The translations under genes and the position numbers were made by a program. Below the pieces are notes generated by a model that saw only the letters and a program-made list of their open reading frames with translations, did not search any database and had not been told where the DNA came from. Shown here piece by piece: positions 51,620 to 64,000 of a stretch of 64,000 bases of DNA (the first letter of the stretch is position 1; each line of letters starts with the position of its first letter). The DNA is taken from positions 47,754,139-47,818,138 of the forward strand of contig NC_069000.1 of assembly GCF_001194135.2 (NCBI RefSeq), given 5' to 3'. The stretch is from Octopus bimaculoides. Lineage: Eukaryota.

Positions 51620-52330
51620 ATGAGACACACTACCGACAGGAAATGTATCTCTCGCTGGTCGACTGTGGACCGGGTCGGATGGCCATATGGAGAGAAATGA
51701 AGACTGGCACTGCAGATGAGGTTGCACGCATCTTGAACGAGATATTCCTGGAGCGGGGCCCTGTGGACGAATTACTGATGGACATTGCATTTCGTCCGGA
51801 GATGCTTGATAAGTGGCCTGTATGTTTCTTCAGAGTGGCATACAGGCCGAGTGAAAATGGGATCTTGGAGAGACACGATCACATGATCAAGACCGTGGCG
51901 GAGAGGGGACACACCTCACCACTGGAAGCGGTATTCTGGTACAACATGTCACTCCGATCAGGACAGGTCGCAAAGTCCGTGCCACACAGAGCGATTTTCA
52001 GGTATGAATGGTAGAACCCAAGTACGACATCAGAATACCCTGCAGAAGAGAAAGAGGGCCTGCGTTCGTGCAGGTGGGAGATGAAGTCTGGATCAAACCC
52101 CCGAAAGCACGCTGCACGTTTCAATGGAAGAGAGGAACAATGATGGCAGTTAATTCCCAAAATAATATTTCTGTGGATGGAATGCCACGTCACGTCTTGG
52201 ATGTTCGCAGAATTGTCGCTTTGTCGGACGACGAAGGTGGAATAGAGCAAGCGAGCGGCGCTCCATCCCTGCGGAGATCACAGCCAGTGAGACATCTGCC
52301 TGGGTGGATGACAGATTTCAACATGGAGTG
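51620..52330 (+). mobile_element. Ty3/gypsy integrase fragment
   Basis: LSLVDCGPGRMAIWR (D1), ELLMDIAF (D2, deleted), YRPSENGILERHDHMIKT (E), AVFWYN, VGDEVWIKPP...RHVLDVR; one stop/frameshift. Confidence 0.9.
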
Positions 52331-53558
52331 AAGTGAGGAGGTGGTCTTCGAGATCAGGGTTGGGGGTGGAAATGAGGTGAGCCAGAAAGAAAGGGCCGTG
52401 GGGGGGCTTCGCCGGAAGAGGAAGAGGGAGCGAGGAAGTAAAGGAAATAGCACCAGCTTTGTACTCTTCAGCCTCGGGGCAGTCGTNNNNNNNNNNNNNN
52501 NNNNNNNNNNNNNNNNNNNNNNNNNNNNNNNNNNNNNNNNNNNNNNNNNNNNNNNNNNNNNNNNNNNNNNNNNNNNNNNNNNNNNNNNNNNNNNNNNNNN
52601 NNNNNNNNNNNNNNNNNNNNNNNNNNNNNNNNNNNNNNNNNNNNNNNNNNNNNNNNNNNNNNNNNNNNNNNNNNNNNNNNNNNNNNNNNNNNNNNNNNNN
52701 NNNNNNNNNNNNNNNNNNNNNNNNNNNNNNNNNNNNNNNNNNNNNNNNNNNNNNNNNNNNNNNNNNNNNNNNNNNNNNNNNNNNNNNNNNNNNNNNNNNN
52801 NNNNNNNNNNNNNNNNNNNNNNNNNNNNNNNNNNNNNNNNNNNNNNNNNNNNNNNNNNNNNNNNNNNNNNNNNNNNNNNNNNNNNNNNNNNNNNNNNNNN
52901 NNNNNNNNNNNNNNNNNNNNNNNNNNNNNNNNNNNNNNNNNNNNNNNNNNNNNNNNNNNNNNNNNNNNNNNNNNNNNNNNNNNNNNNNNNNNNNNNNNNN
53001 NNNNNNNNNNNNNNNNNNNNNNNNNNNNNNNNNNNNNNNNNNNNNNNNNNNNNNNNNNNNNNNNNNNNNNNNNNNNNNNNNNNNNNNNNNNNNNNNNNNN
53101 NNNNNNNNNNNNNNNNNNNNNNNNNNNNNNNNNNNNNNNNNNNNNNNNNNNNNNNNNNNNNNNNNNNNNNNNNNNNNNNNNNNNNNNNNNNNNNNNNNNN
53201 NNNNNNNNNNNNNNNNNNNNNNNNNNNNNNNNNNNNNNNNNNNNNNNNNNNNNNNNNNNNNNNNNNNNNNNNNNNNNNNNNNNNNNNNNNNNNNNNNNNN
53301 NNNNNNNNNNNNNNNNNNNNNNNNNNNNNNNNNNNNNNNNNNNNNNNNNNNNNNNNNNNNNNNNNNNNNNNNNNNNNNNNNNNNNNNNNNNNNNNNNNNN
53401 NNNNNNCAAAATGTGAATTTGTTTTTGCTATTAACGTTCAAACGATGGAGTTTCGTACTTTTGTTAGAGGGCCGCTCCTTCCTCAAACGAAGATTTCAAA
53501 TAATTTAAAATAGAAGAGAACGTCCATCCATCCACCCGTCCATCCGTCCGTACGCGCG

Positions 53559-53601
<43 letters not shown>

Positions 53602-53852
53602 GAAAGAAAACTCCGAATGACCCGTCCTTGATTTCTTTGTATCGTCTGTCTGGATGTTTTGTTGTCCCTTTTTTGTATCGCTTAACTGCCTGGATGTTTT
53701 GCGTTCTTGTCCCATTTTTGTATTTTTTATACATACATTCATACATGCATGCATACATACATACATACATACATACATACATACATACATACCATATACA
53801 CTGCTCTATTATGGCCAGAATTTATGTTTGGAAACCAAGAATACAACAGAAT

Positions 53853-54021
53853 AAAACACGTATACCAGGAGCGGTCCTAGGAATTTTTCGAAGGGAGCAC
53901 ATAAGGCCAGAAGGGAATACAATTCCAGGAGAAAAGGACGTAATGTCATTATTTGGAAGGGCGCATTTCTTTTCTTGAGTGGAGCACGTGCCCCTCCGGC
54001 CCCCTCTTCGGTCTGTCCCTG
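53853..54021. mobile_element. Putative MITE (CAGG...CCTG ends)
   Basis: caggagcggtcc left end and ggtctgtccctg right end, with a GC-rich subterminal gcccctccggccccct tract; TIRs imperfect. Confidence 0.45.
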
Positions 54022-54381
54022 TATACACATGCGTAAGTATATATGCATGTGTATTCTCGTGTGAGCACCTATGTATGTATGTGTATTGAGTATATGCATG
54101 AGGGCATATGTATATATATATATATATCTATATATATGCCCATATCGGATCTAATCCATGCTAGCACAGAAGGCGGACGTTAAACGATGAAGATGATGAT
54201 GATATGTACATACATATATGTGTGTGTGTGTGTGTGTATTTGTGTATGGATATTGTACGAGTGTATGTGCGTGTGTGTGTGTGAAGGTGAAGTGTGAATC
54301 ATCATAGAAGATAAACAAATATTTCAGACTAACCAAGTGAATGTTTTGTGTTAGGTTTAAAAAGGTAAACTGGTTTATATA

Positions 54382-54421
<40 letters not shown>

Positions 54422-56149
54422 GCGTACATCAGCCAAATAGACGCACCCCCATATACACTAACAGACACGCGCGAGCACCCAAATATATTTATAGTTGTGG
54501 AGCTTGACTACAGCTTAATGACTCCTCTAACAACCTAAGTACGAGAGAGTTGGTTATGTAGTCACACCCTACTCTTCGTGTAAAGTGGGTGGGGCTCACC
54601 TCACTGTTGGATTATAAACCAGCTTCGCTTCCACAAAAATATACAACGCTAACCTTGAATCGCCTGAAAGTTTGTTACTCTCTGTGATAGCACACACACA
54701 CACACGTGCGTNNNNNNNNNNNNNNNNNNNNNNNNNNNNNNNNNNNNNNNNNNNNNNNNNNNNNNNNNNNNNNNNNNNNNNNNNNNNNNNNNNNNNNNNN
54801 NNNNNNNNNNNNNNNNNNNNNNNNNNNNNNNNNNNNNNNNNNNNNNNNNNNNNNNNNNNNNNNNNNNNNNNNNNNNNNNNNNNNNNNNNNNNNNNNNNNN
54901 NNNNNNNNNNNNNNNNNNNNNNNNNNNNNNNNNNNNNNNNNNNNNNNNNNNNNNNNNNNNNNNNNNNNNNNNNNNNNNNNNNNNNNNNNNNNNNNNNNNN
55001 NNNNNNNNNNNNNNGTGTGTGTGTGTGTGTGTGTGCGTGTAAAAAAATATTTTTGCAAGAGGCAGTATTAAAACTGAGAGGTAATATTTATTCGCAATTA
55101 CACGTTGATGTTCTGTTGGAATAAACTTGACTTCGATACATACATCGTTACATGTCTTTCCCCTTTTTATGATCCATCTCTTCTGACTTAAAGTATCTGA
55201 AGTCAGCTGTATTTTTGGTAGCATTACACTTCCTTCAAAATATAGGACTGCTGAACACAATTTTGACGATACCAAATTATAAATGTTAAGCATAATTAAC
55301 TTTTTGTTTGTAAGTTGGCACTGAAAGCATTTATATGTATTTTATTACTTAAACCAGGAGCTAGAGCCGCAAACGCCTATTCTTTGAAATCAGTTGTATA
55401 TTTAGCAGTGCAGATCATATGTTAAAATTAGTTAACCACCTTACAGCGACTCAATCTAAATAAAGACTCTCTTCAAAATGAGCTCCTGCTTTGCAGGTCA
55501 TCCATAAGTAAACTCTTTTAAAATTATTATCTTATTTTGAGGCCAGTTTTATATTAAATGGAAAAAAAAAGTGGGAGTGAGAAGGGTTTTCAAGGACAAT
55601 TATGAAAAGTCAAAAATTATACTTATTTTCTGAGGTTTCAATTTCTTTGTAAGACAAATTGATCAAACTGTCTTTCTTTTTTTTTCTGTTTATTCATACC
55701 AATTATTTTAATCTAATTATTTTTATTACGGAAATTTATTCATTAAATTTATTTCATTTATTTTTGTTTTTTTAAATTTTTTTATTATTTCATTCTAGTT
55801 ATTTTTATTTACTTATTCTTATTTTTATTTGTAGAATCTGGTTTTATGGTTTGTACAACAGTTAATATTAATTATTAATATATAGTGCCCCAAGATGAAT
55901 AACAAAAGATAAAAACTTTATGTTTGTCCATTTCAAGACTTCTGGAGAACTGAGCATGGATTTGTACAACAAAATGATTGTTGTTTATAACTTGTTTATA
56001 ATTTTGTTCTGTTGTTTATAATTTGAAAATTTTTTTTATTAATTTTTTAAATAAAATTATATTTGTTTCCATGCAATTTGAATGATTACAGGATTAATAA
56101 AATAGATTTCTGTTATAGCGAGTTTCAAAAGCATAAACTCTACTAATAA

Positions 56150-56318
56150 AAGTAGGAATATGCTTTTGGAAGCTGGGTTTGGCATTCCATTATCAAAAGG
56201 TTGCTGACGCCGGCCTTATATCTGTCATGGTGTCTGATGTGGCTTTTTAAACCAGGCAATGTTTTGAAAAGACTCTCGCATAGATTGCATGTCTGCTTTG
56301 GACCAGCAAACTTGCTAT
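56150..56318 (-). mobile_element. RTE-type LINE 3' end with single C2H2 finger
   Basis: CNLCESLFKTLPGLKSHIRHH (56289-56227) fits C-x2-C-x3-F-x5-L-x2-H-x3-H; an isolated finger among repeats is typical of RTE ORF2 C-termini. Confidence 0.6.
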
Positions 56319-56387
56319 CTCTGGTCAAACTGTACACCCCATGCCAGCATCGAAAATGGACATTACAGGATGATGATGATGATGACG

Positions 56388-56418
<31 letters not shown>

Positions 56419-57667
56419 CCTCTGTCTGTCTGAATGAGTGTACATATGTGTGTGCATGTGTGTGTAAATGTTTGCATGAGTGTATATGCATATAAGTTGC
56501 CTTATATGGCAATGTCTAAGGCAGCAAGGTGAGTCCTGGAAGTGAATTCAGGGGAAGAAAGTATTTCAAGAAATCCAGTTTATGAAACTGGATTTATTAA
56601 AAACTGTTGGAGAAGAAGAGAGTGAAGAGAAATAAGGGAAGTTTGCAGAGGAGGAGGAGGAGGAGGAACATCTGGTGAATGGGGAAGGTGGGCGAATGTA
56701 ATGGAGGTAGATGATGGGTAGGGAATGTGAGGGTGGTGTGGTTTGAAGAAGGAGAATGACGTTAATGATTGTTCTGGGTTGGGGTGGGGGAGCAGCAATA
56801 GAAGGGTTCTCTACAGGGAAAAAAGGGAATAACAACAGAATCCAGTTGACATTAAATATTTATGAATATGAGTATGGCTGTGTGTGTGTATGTGAGTGTG
56901 TGTGTGTGTGTGTGTGTGTGAGTGTGCGTGCATGAATATATATATCTGCATATACAGTATATGTATATATATTCATGCAACCACACACACACACACACAC
57001 ACACATTCTGATTGACTCCTCTTTGTGTCAACATGGACCTCCTTGCGACAGTGAAACTTTCTATCTAATCAAGATATCTTTGGCCTGAAGAGTAGCTGGA
57101 GGTATACACCTCACTCAGATTTTATCCTTTCTGAGGTTTCACTCACAACGAAACATATGCATCCCAGATTTCCCATATTCCATTCCATAACTCTAGTATT
57201 CTTTTTCACATACTCGGCAACCCTGGTTGCCTACTGAGGAATATAAAGAGAACTTTTGTCAGTTCATCATTCTTCGATAAAAGAAAAAAATTCTGCAACT
57301 TTCCATCTCAATAAACCACTATTTTTCATGAAAGTTGTTAGCTTGAAGCTAACTTTCTTCCTACACCTTGATCCCTGGATCTTACATATATATATATAAT
57401 CTCTTACTTATTTCAGTTATTAGACGGTGGCTATGCTGGTGCACCACCTTGAAGAATTGTAGTTGACTGAATTGACCCCAGTATTTTTTTTAAAGCCTGG
57501 TACTTGTTCTATTGATCTTTTTTGCCAAGCTGCTAAGTTACAGGGATGTTAACACATCAACACTGGTTGTCAAGAAGCAGTGAGGAACAAACACAGTCAC
57601 ACATGCACACACATCCACATATATAAAATTGAATTTCTGTTTGTTTGTTTGTAAAGACAGCATATCT

Positions 57668-58050
57668 GTAGGAGTTTTCTCACCCTGGTTCAGATTCAAA
57701 GCTGGATCTTTCAATATGGCCTATTCATATGTCAAAACCATGACAAATGGGTGTTCCACTTGACTGGTGACCCTTTCAGTGCCATTGCAAGTTCATTCGC
57801 ATAATGAGTGGCCTGAATTCAGTAAATCTATTGTTCTATATGATAGAGTCTGTTTGTCCATCAAAATGAAAGTAAAGACAACAAAAACTGTAGGTGTGGT
57901 TTCACCCTGGTCCAGATTCGAAACTGAATCTTTAAATTCTTCTTGTGCATATGGTTTATTCACACATCAAAAGGAACCATGAGAAATGGGTGTTCCACTT
58001 GACCTGTGGCTTTTTCACTGTCATCACACAATCACCTGGATTCGGTAAAG
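57668..58050. repeat. Diverged tandem duplication, period about 222 bp
   Basis: Shared blocks caccctggt.cagattc.aa, accatga.aaatgggtgttccacttgac and cctg.attc.gtaaa.ctattg occur twice. Confidence 0.85.
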
Positions 58051-59575
58051 CTATTGACCACCCCTACTTCCTTAATTAAAACCTTCCATTAACATTTCCC
58101 ATTTTCCAAATACTAATTTAATTAACAACAAAATTATTTTCTTAAATTCTTCATTATTACTAAAATTAATTGAAGCAAAAGCTGTACATTTCCACAGCAA
58201 AAACTGGTAACAACAGAACTATTGCAAATATAGAAATGACCACATGTTTTGACAATGTCTTTTAAAATTCTACTTTAGTTTATTGGTTATAATTTATGTG
58301 GCATAAGTGGTCTGCATTTAGTTTTGCTTATTTGCTTTGAAAGTATGTTGCTATTGTAACTGTTGTTGTGATTCGAGTCAATGAGCAGTCTGTCATAATA
58401 ATAGATTTGAAAGTTTTTAAGTTCATATTTAAAAAGGAGACAAAAGCTAAAACATACGGCAAATATTGCATCTCTTGCCCCTTGCTGCTCCCCTTATTCC
58501 CACCATCTATACTGAATTCCACTCCACCCACCAGGGGCCAGGATCATCCCTTTGAGGAGGACCATTGAACTGAAAGATATGAGACCAGCATCAGTTCCAT
58601 GTCTCTCTCATATGTTTCTGCATAAGCTCAGCCCTTGTACACGAACAGTAATGCTATGAGATGTTGTGAAATGCATGCTTCTCCTCTATTGTTCAGGGAT
58701 GAAAAGAATGTAATTGTGAATTAAATAGATATAATTAGTAGAAAACTAAACACATGTTGTTATTTAACTCTGAGGCAAATCTGATTGAATAGATTTGACA
58801 GATCTATGATTAACGATATTCCTGCAACCATGACCATCTCCAGATATCCCAGTCAGTCAGTTATTTAGAGAGCCAAGGGAGACAACTCTGTTAAAAACTT
58901 GTTTTTCATGTCTACAAGTACATATTATGTATTAAAGAGAGTTGTGCATTGTCTTTTGATTTACATGGCGTTCGATCTTCATTTGAACAGTAGTGTCAAA
59001 AGATTAATGGATTAAGTTAATAGTAATGTAGGAATATTCATTTACATAAACAAATTGCTTAAATCTGATAAGAGGTCAGAAAACTATTTTTCTCGTCTCT
59101 CCCTTGTGCATCAGTGACAGACAAAAGTATTTGTAAAGACATCGTCATTGTCGCTATCAGTTTCGTGTTTCCCCTCACGTTTTTAATGGAGTTAAGATCT
59201 TCAACACAGAATTTTCTGATTTTGCTGTTAAAGACCAAAACAGTTTTTAACAAAGTCATACTTATCACTGTTTGGTGTTAGTTCCATTTCTCTGGGCAAC
59301 AAACATTGTCTGTTATGGGATTTTCGGTATTTTGGTCACCTGAAAAAATTTGTCTTGAATTCTTTTGTAATTACTTTAAGAATTGAAATCACAGTAGAAG
59401 AGAAAATACCAGAATCGCAGGAGTCACTCAGCTGATCATTAAATCACCATTTCAGCCACATTTTCACTTTACTTATTTCAAATAAATAAAACCAATTCAA
59501 CGACATTCATAACATAACTCAATGGATTTATTAAAAGAAAAAGAAACGATACAAAAATTTGGTAAATTATAGTGA

Positions 59576-59618
<43 letters not shown>

Positions 59619-59788
59619 TGTGTGCGTCCCTGCCAGCAAAATGTATGCGCACCTTTGTTTGGTGCCTTAACCAAAGAGCAGGTGTTACATACCTGCTGGT
59701 GACTGAATATCAACAGAAATGGATGGAGGGGAACAGTTTGTGAGCAGTTTACTACAACAACACAGTAAAACAACCAGACAACAACAAA

Positions 59789-59819
<31 letters not shown>

Positions 59820-59979
59820 ACAGTTAACAAGCTGTCACCCCTGTACATATAGAATTATCTCTCTTCTCATAGAAAATAACATTATGCATACATTTATTTG
59901 TTTTTTACTCTCCAGGGAGATCCAATAATTGTGTGGATGTACATAAGTCTATATATGTGATAAGAATTTGTTCAGGTGC

Positions 59980-60011
<32 letters not shown>

Positions 60012-61019
60012 ATGTGAGTGTATATGTGTATGTGTGTGTGTATGTGAGTGTATATATATGTGTGTGTATATGTGAGTGTATATATATATATTCTTTATAT
60101 GAAGTCATATTTGTGGTTATATATGTATGAGTGTCTGCATGAGCATGTATGTAGGTGCTTGTATGTGTATATATGTGTATATATATTTACATAAATCAGC
60201 AAGATAAAACCAACATACGCATTTTTCAACAAAAACAGAAAAAAAAAATTAATACACAATATAAATTTATGTTTTAAATATTTATATATAAACATTAGGA
60301 AAAAAAAAACAAAAAAGGAAAACAAAAACAAAAGTAAAAATAGGAAAACAAACAAAAATATATTAATTAAATGTGAATAAAATTTTTGTTGTTTGAACAC
60401 CAGGATGACGTTAAAATGTTGAAAAGACGTAAATAGAGAAGAAATATTAAAAAAAAACACAAACAAAATTGGCCATTGTGGCCAAGTAACAGAATGTTGT
60501 TGGAATATCACAATAACCAGGTCACCAGTTGATATACAATAATATTACATAGCAATGATGAGTAATAAAGATATATAGTATGGATATAGAATGGCTAGAT
60601 GTAAAGGCATTCACACACACACTCATACATATGTACATGATTTGGCAATACCTATATACATATATATACACACACCATTACATACATGTGTAACTAAATG
60701 TTTATATACATGTGTGTGTGTGTATATATATCTATGTTTTCATACATGAATGTATAACTGAAAGACACACACACATATGCTTGTTCATGTTTAGATTGAC
60801 TATATATATATATATATATATTTATATAGGGCATCCAGCTGTAGAAACTCTGCCAAATCAGATTGGAGCCTGGTGTAGCCATCTGGTTTCACCAGTCCTC
60901 AGTCAAATCGTCCGACCCATGCTAGCATGGAAAGCGGACGTTAAATGACGACGACGATGACGACAACACACACACATATTTGAGAATAATTCAGAAGTTT
61001 TATATACATGCACTTATTT

Positions 61020-61232
61020 TTTTCTGGCACTCCGTCGGTTACAATGATAAGGGTTCCAGTTGATCCAATCAACAGAACAGCCTCCTTGTGGAATTAATGA
61101 ATGAGTGGCTGAGCACCCCTCAGACAAGTATAACCCTTAACGTAGTTCTTAGGGAGATTCAGCATGACATAGAATATGACAAGGCTGGCCCTTTTGAAAT
61201 ACAAGTACTACACATTTTCACCAGCTGAGTGA
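61020..61232 (+). mobile_element. Probable SINE fragment (third family)
   Basis: Non-simple, GC-richer block (ctccgtcggttac...gttgatcc.atcaac.gaacagcc...ggagattcagc.tgac) recalled as a common cephalopod repeat; no second copy in the window. Confidence 0.45.
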
Positions 61233-61267
61233 ATGTGTGTGTATGTGTGTGTGTGTGTATGAATATG

Positions 61268-61307
<40 letters not shown>

Positions 61308-62787
61308 ACATGCACACATACACACACACACAATCTGAGTCACTCTCTGTACATATATGTATGTATATATGTATGCATGAATAAGCTTTAAAGGGAAACA
61401 ACTCGTATATGCCTTGAAGTGTAACCCTTATAATACTGCAGTTCCAGAATGCAACACAGGAAGTGTCATTGTCTTCAGATATTCCATTATTGGCCAAGTT
61501 TTTAAGACTGGTGCTCGTTCAATTAATTAGTTTCAATTGAAAACCAGAGTTACCATGTATGTATATATATATACACACACACACAAACACATGTGTATAT
61601 ATGCACATATGCATGTATATATTCATATATGTATGTAGGCGCAGATGTATGCACATATATTTAAACATTATACACACACACACAAGCACATCTGTTGTCA
61701 TATGCCACATGTTCACAGACACACATCCCTCGTTACTCATTACAACTCATACATGTCATTAAATAGAGTAATTTATGAAAATTGAATAACACCAAAATTA
61801 ATTACAAATTGATATAAAAAAAAAACAAATAGTAAACAAAAGAGAGAGAAAGAGTTGTGATATTAAAAAATACAGGACAAAGTTGTTCTCCTCTTCACTG
61901 TAAAAGTCACACTGCATCTGTTCAATTTTTCACCGTAAAATATAACCACAAAGAAATCAATAACATGTTTTTTTTCATTACATTAAAAAATTTTTTTTGT
62001 GTTAACTTTTTAAGTTTTGTCCATAAATTTTAGCATGCATCTTTGCCACATTTGTTTTTCATAACAAGTGATTTGGAAAATTGAAAAAAAAAAAAAGGAT
62101 TAAAATGCATCTCTTATTCTATAGTGATTTGTAATTTCTTTTTTAAAATAATGTCTTTGTTATAAAACAATATTGTCCCTCCCCCACTCTTTGCCCCACC
62201 CACTTTAATAATTTGCATTTTTCTCAAAGACCATTGATACCTGCACTGTGAATGTGTCATTTGAAATTCCAAATGATGACTGTGTGTATATATACTTGAA
62301 TGTGTGTGCATATATGAATATATATATGTAGGTGTATATATATATCTCATTATATATATATCTCATTATCTAAATATATGTGTATATATATATATATATA
62401 TACACACACACGTATGTATGTCTGTGTGGGGGTGGGGTGAGTGAAAGAAAAGGAAAATAAAAGACAAAAATATTTCATGGGTTTTCTTTGTTTTAAATTC
62501 CAAAATTAAAAAAGAAAAATCAGTAAAAACCATTTCTTTTGTTTTTCATAATAATGATTTGTCATGAGCACCATACAGAAGGGTCCACTTCAGGTAGTGT
62601 AAAGTAAGACTGAGTTGGAGCCCACTGTATGAACAACTCCCCTAATGTATAGCTGGTACGTAGCACATCAGACTTTGAACCTTCATCATGAAAACGGTTG
62701 GTAGAGACTTTGTAATGGGATGACACGGCAAAACATTTAGTGCGAGTCTCTATTTCTGACATCTCCTCACACCTTCTTAATAATAAT

Positions 62788-63004
62788 AATCTTTGCTACT
62801 CTAGGCACAAGGCCTGAAATTTTAGGGGAGGCTGGCTTGTCGATTAAATTGACCCCCAATGCTCAACTGGTACTTGTTTTGATTGACCTTGAAAGGATGA
62901 AAGGCAAAGTTGACCTTGGCAGAATTTGAACTCAGAACACGAAGACAAATGATATGCTGCAAGGCATTTTGTCTGGCATGCTAACGATTCTTTCAGTTCA
63001 CTGC
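62788..63004 (-). mobile_element. tRNA-derived SINE, near full length
   Basis: Colinear with 25470-25675; B-box-like gagttcaaattc on the minus strand. Confidence 0.85.
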
Positions 63005-63038
63005 AATAATAATAGTAATAATAATAATAATAATAATA

Positions 63039-63119
<81 letters not shown>

Positions 63120-63176
63120 GTAATAATAATCATAATAATAATAATAATGATAATAATAATAATAATAATCATAATC

Positions 63177-63212
<36 letters not shown>
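63005..63212. repeat. Long imperfect (AAT)n microsatellite
   Basis: About 200 bp of AAT with AGT/CAT/GAT variants; source of the poly-Y/N/I ORFs. Confidence 0.97.
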
Positions 63213-63624
63213 TTTTCGACTGGGATGATTCCTTACATACATAGGGCATTATTACCGTTGTTGTTTTCAAACTCCCCTTTCTTTCCCTTATGGTCCCCTG
63301 CCAAGGTTTAGAAAAAATATATAAACACATACATATTATGTCTGTCTGTGTATGTATAATGGGTGTATGAGTGCCTGTATGTATGTATGCATAAAATGGG
63401 TCAAACAAGTTAAGCAATACAAAAAAAAAAAAAAAATTAAATAAAAAAATTATGTCAAAACTCCTAAATAGTAAATTGTTACCAAGTTGTCCTTGGAACC
63501 CTGCCTCCTGTTTCTTTACATTTTAACCCTGCCCAGTTTTTAATTGTGCTTCATTGAAACTGTTCATGTATTTATTATTATTTATTTGATGGTGATGTCT
63601 TATATGTGTCACATGCATGCATGC

Positions 63625-63668
<44 letters not shown>

Positions 63669-63935
63669 CTTTTTAAAACAGTTTGATTTGGCACTGAGCG
63701 ACTTCAAGCTTTGTAGGCTTCCTACAGAACCCTACCTCATCAAGCTCAGTTAACCGAATGTGTGTGTGTGTGTATTATGTACATAATATATATAAATGTG
63801 CATACATGCATACACATCTATATGTATATGTATGCCTATATACATATGTATATATATATGTAAATATATACATGTATATATATGTATCCATATACATGTA
63901 TACATATGTATATATTATAAATATATCTATACATA

Positions 63936-63972
<37 letters not shown>

Positions 63973-64000
63973 CATAATACATATATATATATATATATAT

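Noticed and set aside
56227-56289. C2H2 finger as a member of the cephalopod ZNF gene expansion
   Set aside because: It is a single finger with no TGEKP linker or splice signals, and its context fits a LINE 3' end.
62844-63244. Poly-Tyr/Asn/Ile ORFs and the many HTHT/VCVC/YIYI/SLSL ORFs across the window
   Set aside because: These are translations of (AAT)n, (CA)n, (TA)n and (GA)n microsatellites.

Overview
AT-rich, microsatellite-dense eukaryotic scaffold segment with many N-gaps. The SINE/LINE repertoire strongly resembles an octopus (coleoid cephalopod) genome; that assignment is inference. Most of the window is decayed mobile DNA: RLE-type LINEs (one large R4/Dong-like copy at 15.2-17.0 kb, several 3' fragments abutting (TAA)n arrays, one HERO-like fragment), RTE and CR1-like LINE pieces, Ty3/gypsy remnants (LTR+gag, RT/RNaseH, integrase), two mariner remnants, hAT- and Helentron-type non-autonomous elements, and many tRNA-derived SINEs. 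Only one host coding exon is well supported: a minus-strand first exon (46450-45916, interrupted by a gap) encoding an N-terminal transmembrane helix and ending at a GTGAGT donor, tentatively C2CD2/TMEM24-like. Nearly all other listed ORFs are microsatellite or gap artefacts. The most interesting signal is two minus-strand hammerhead-ribozyme-like motifs (CUGANGA ... GAAAC-AGCU-GUA) of the Penelope minimal type but with very long stem II inserts (53 and 88 nt). One is embedded in a perfect 95-bp inverted repeat, and both are co-oriented with the putative host intron. Nothing was computed; all folds and homologies were read by eye.
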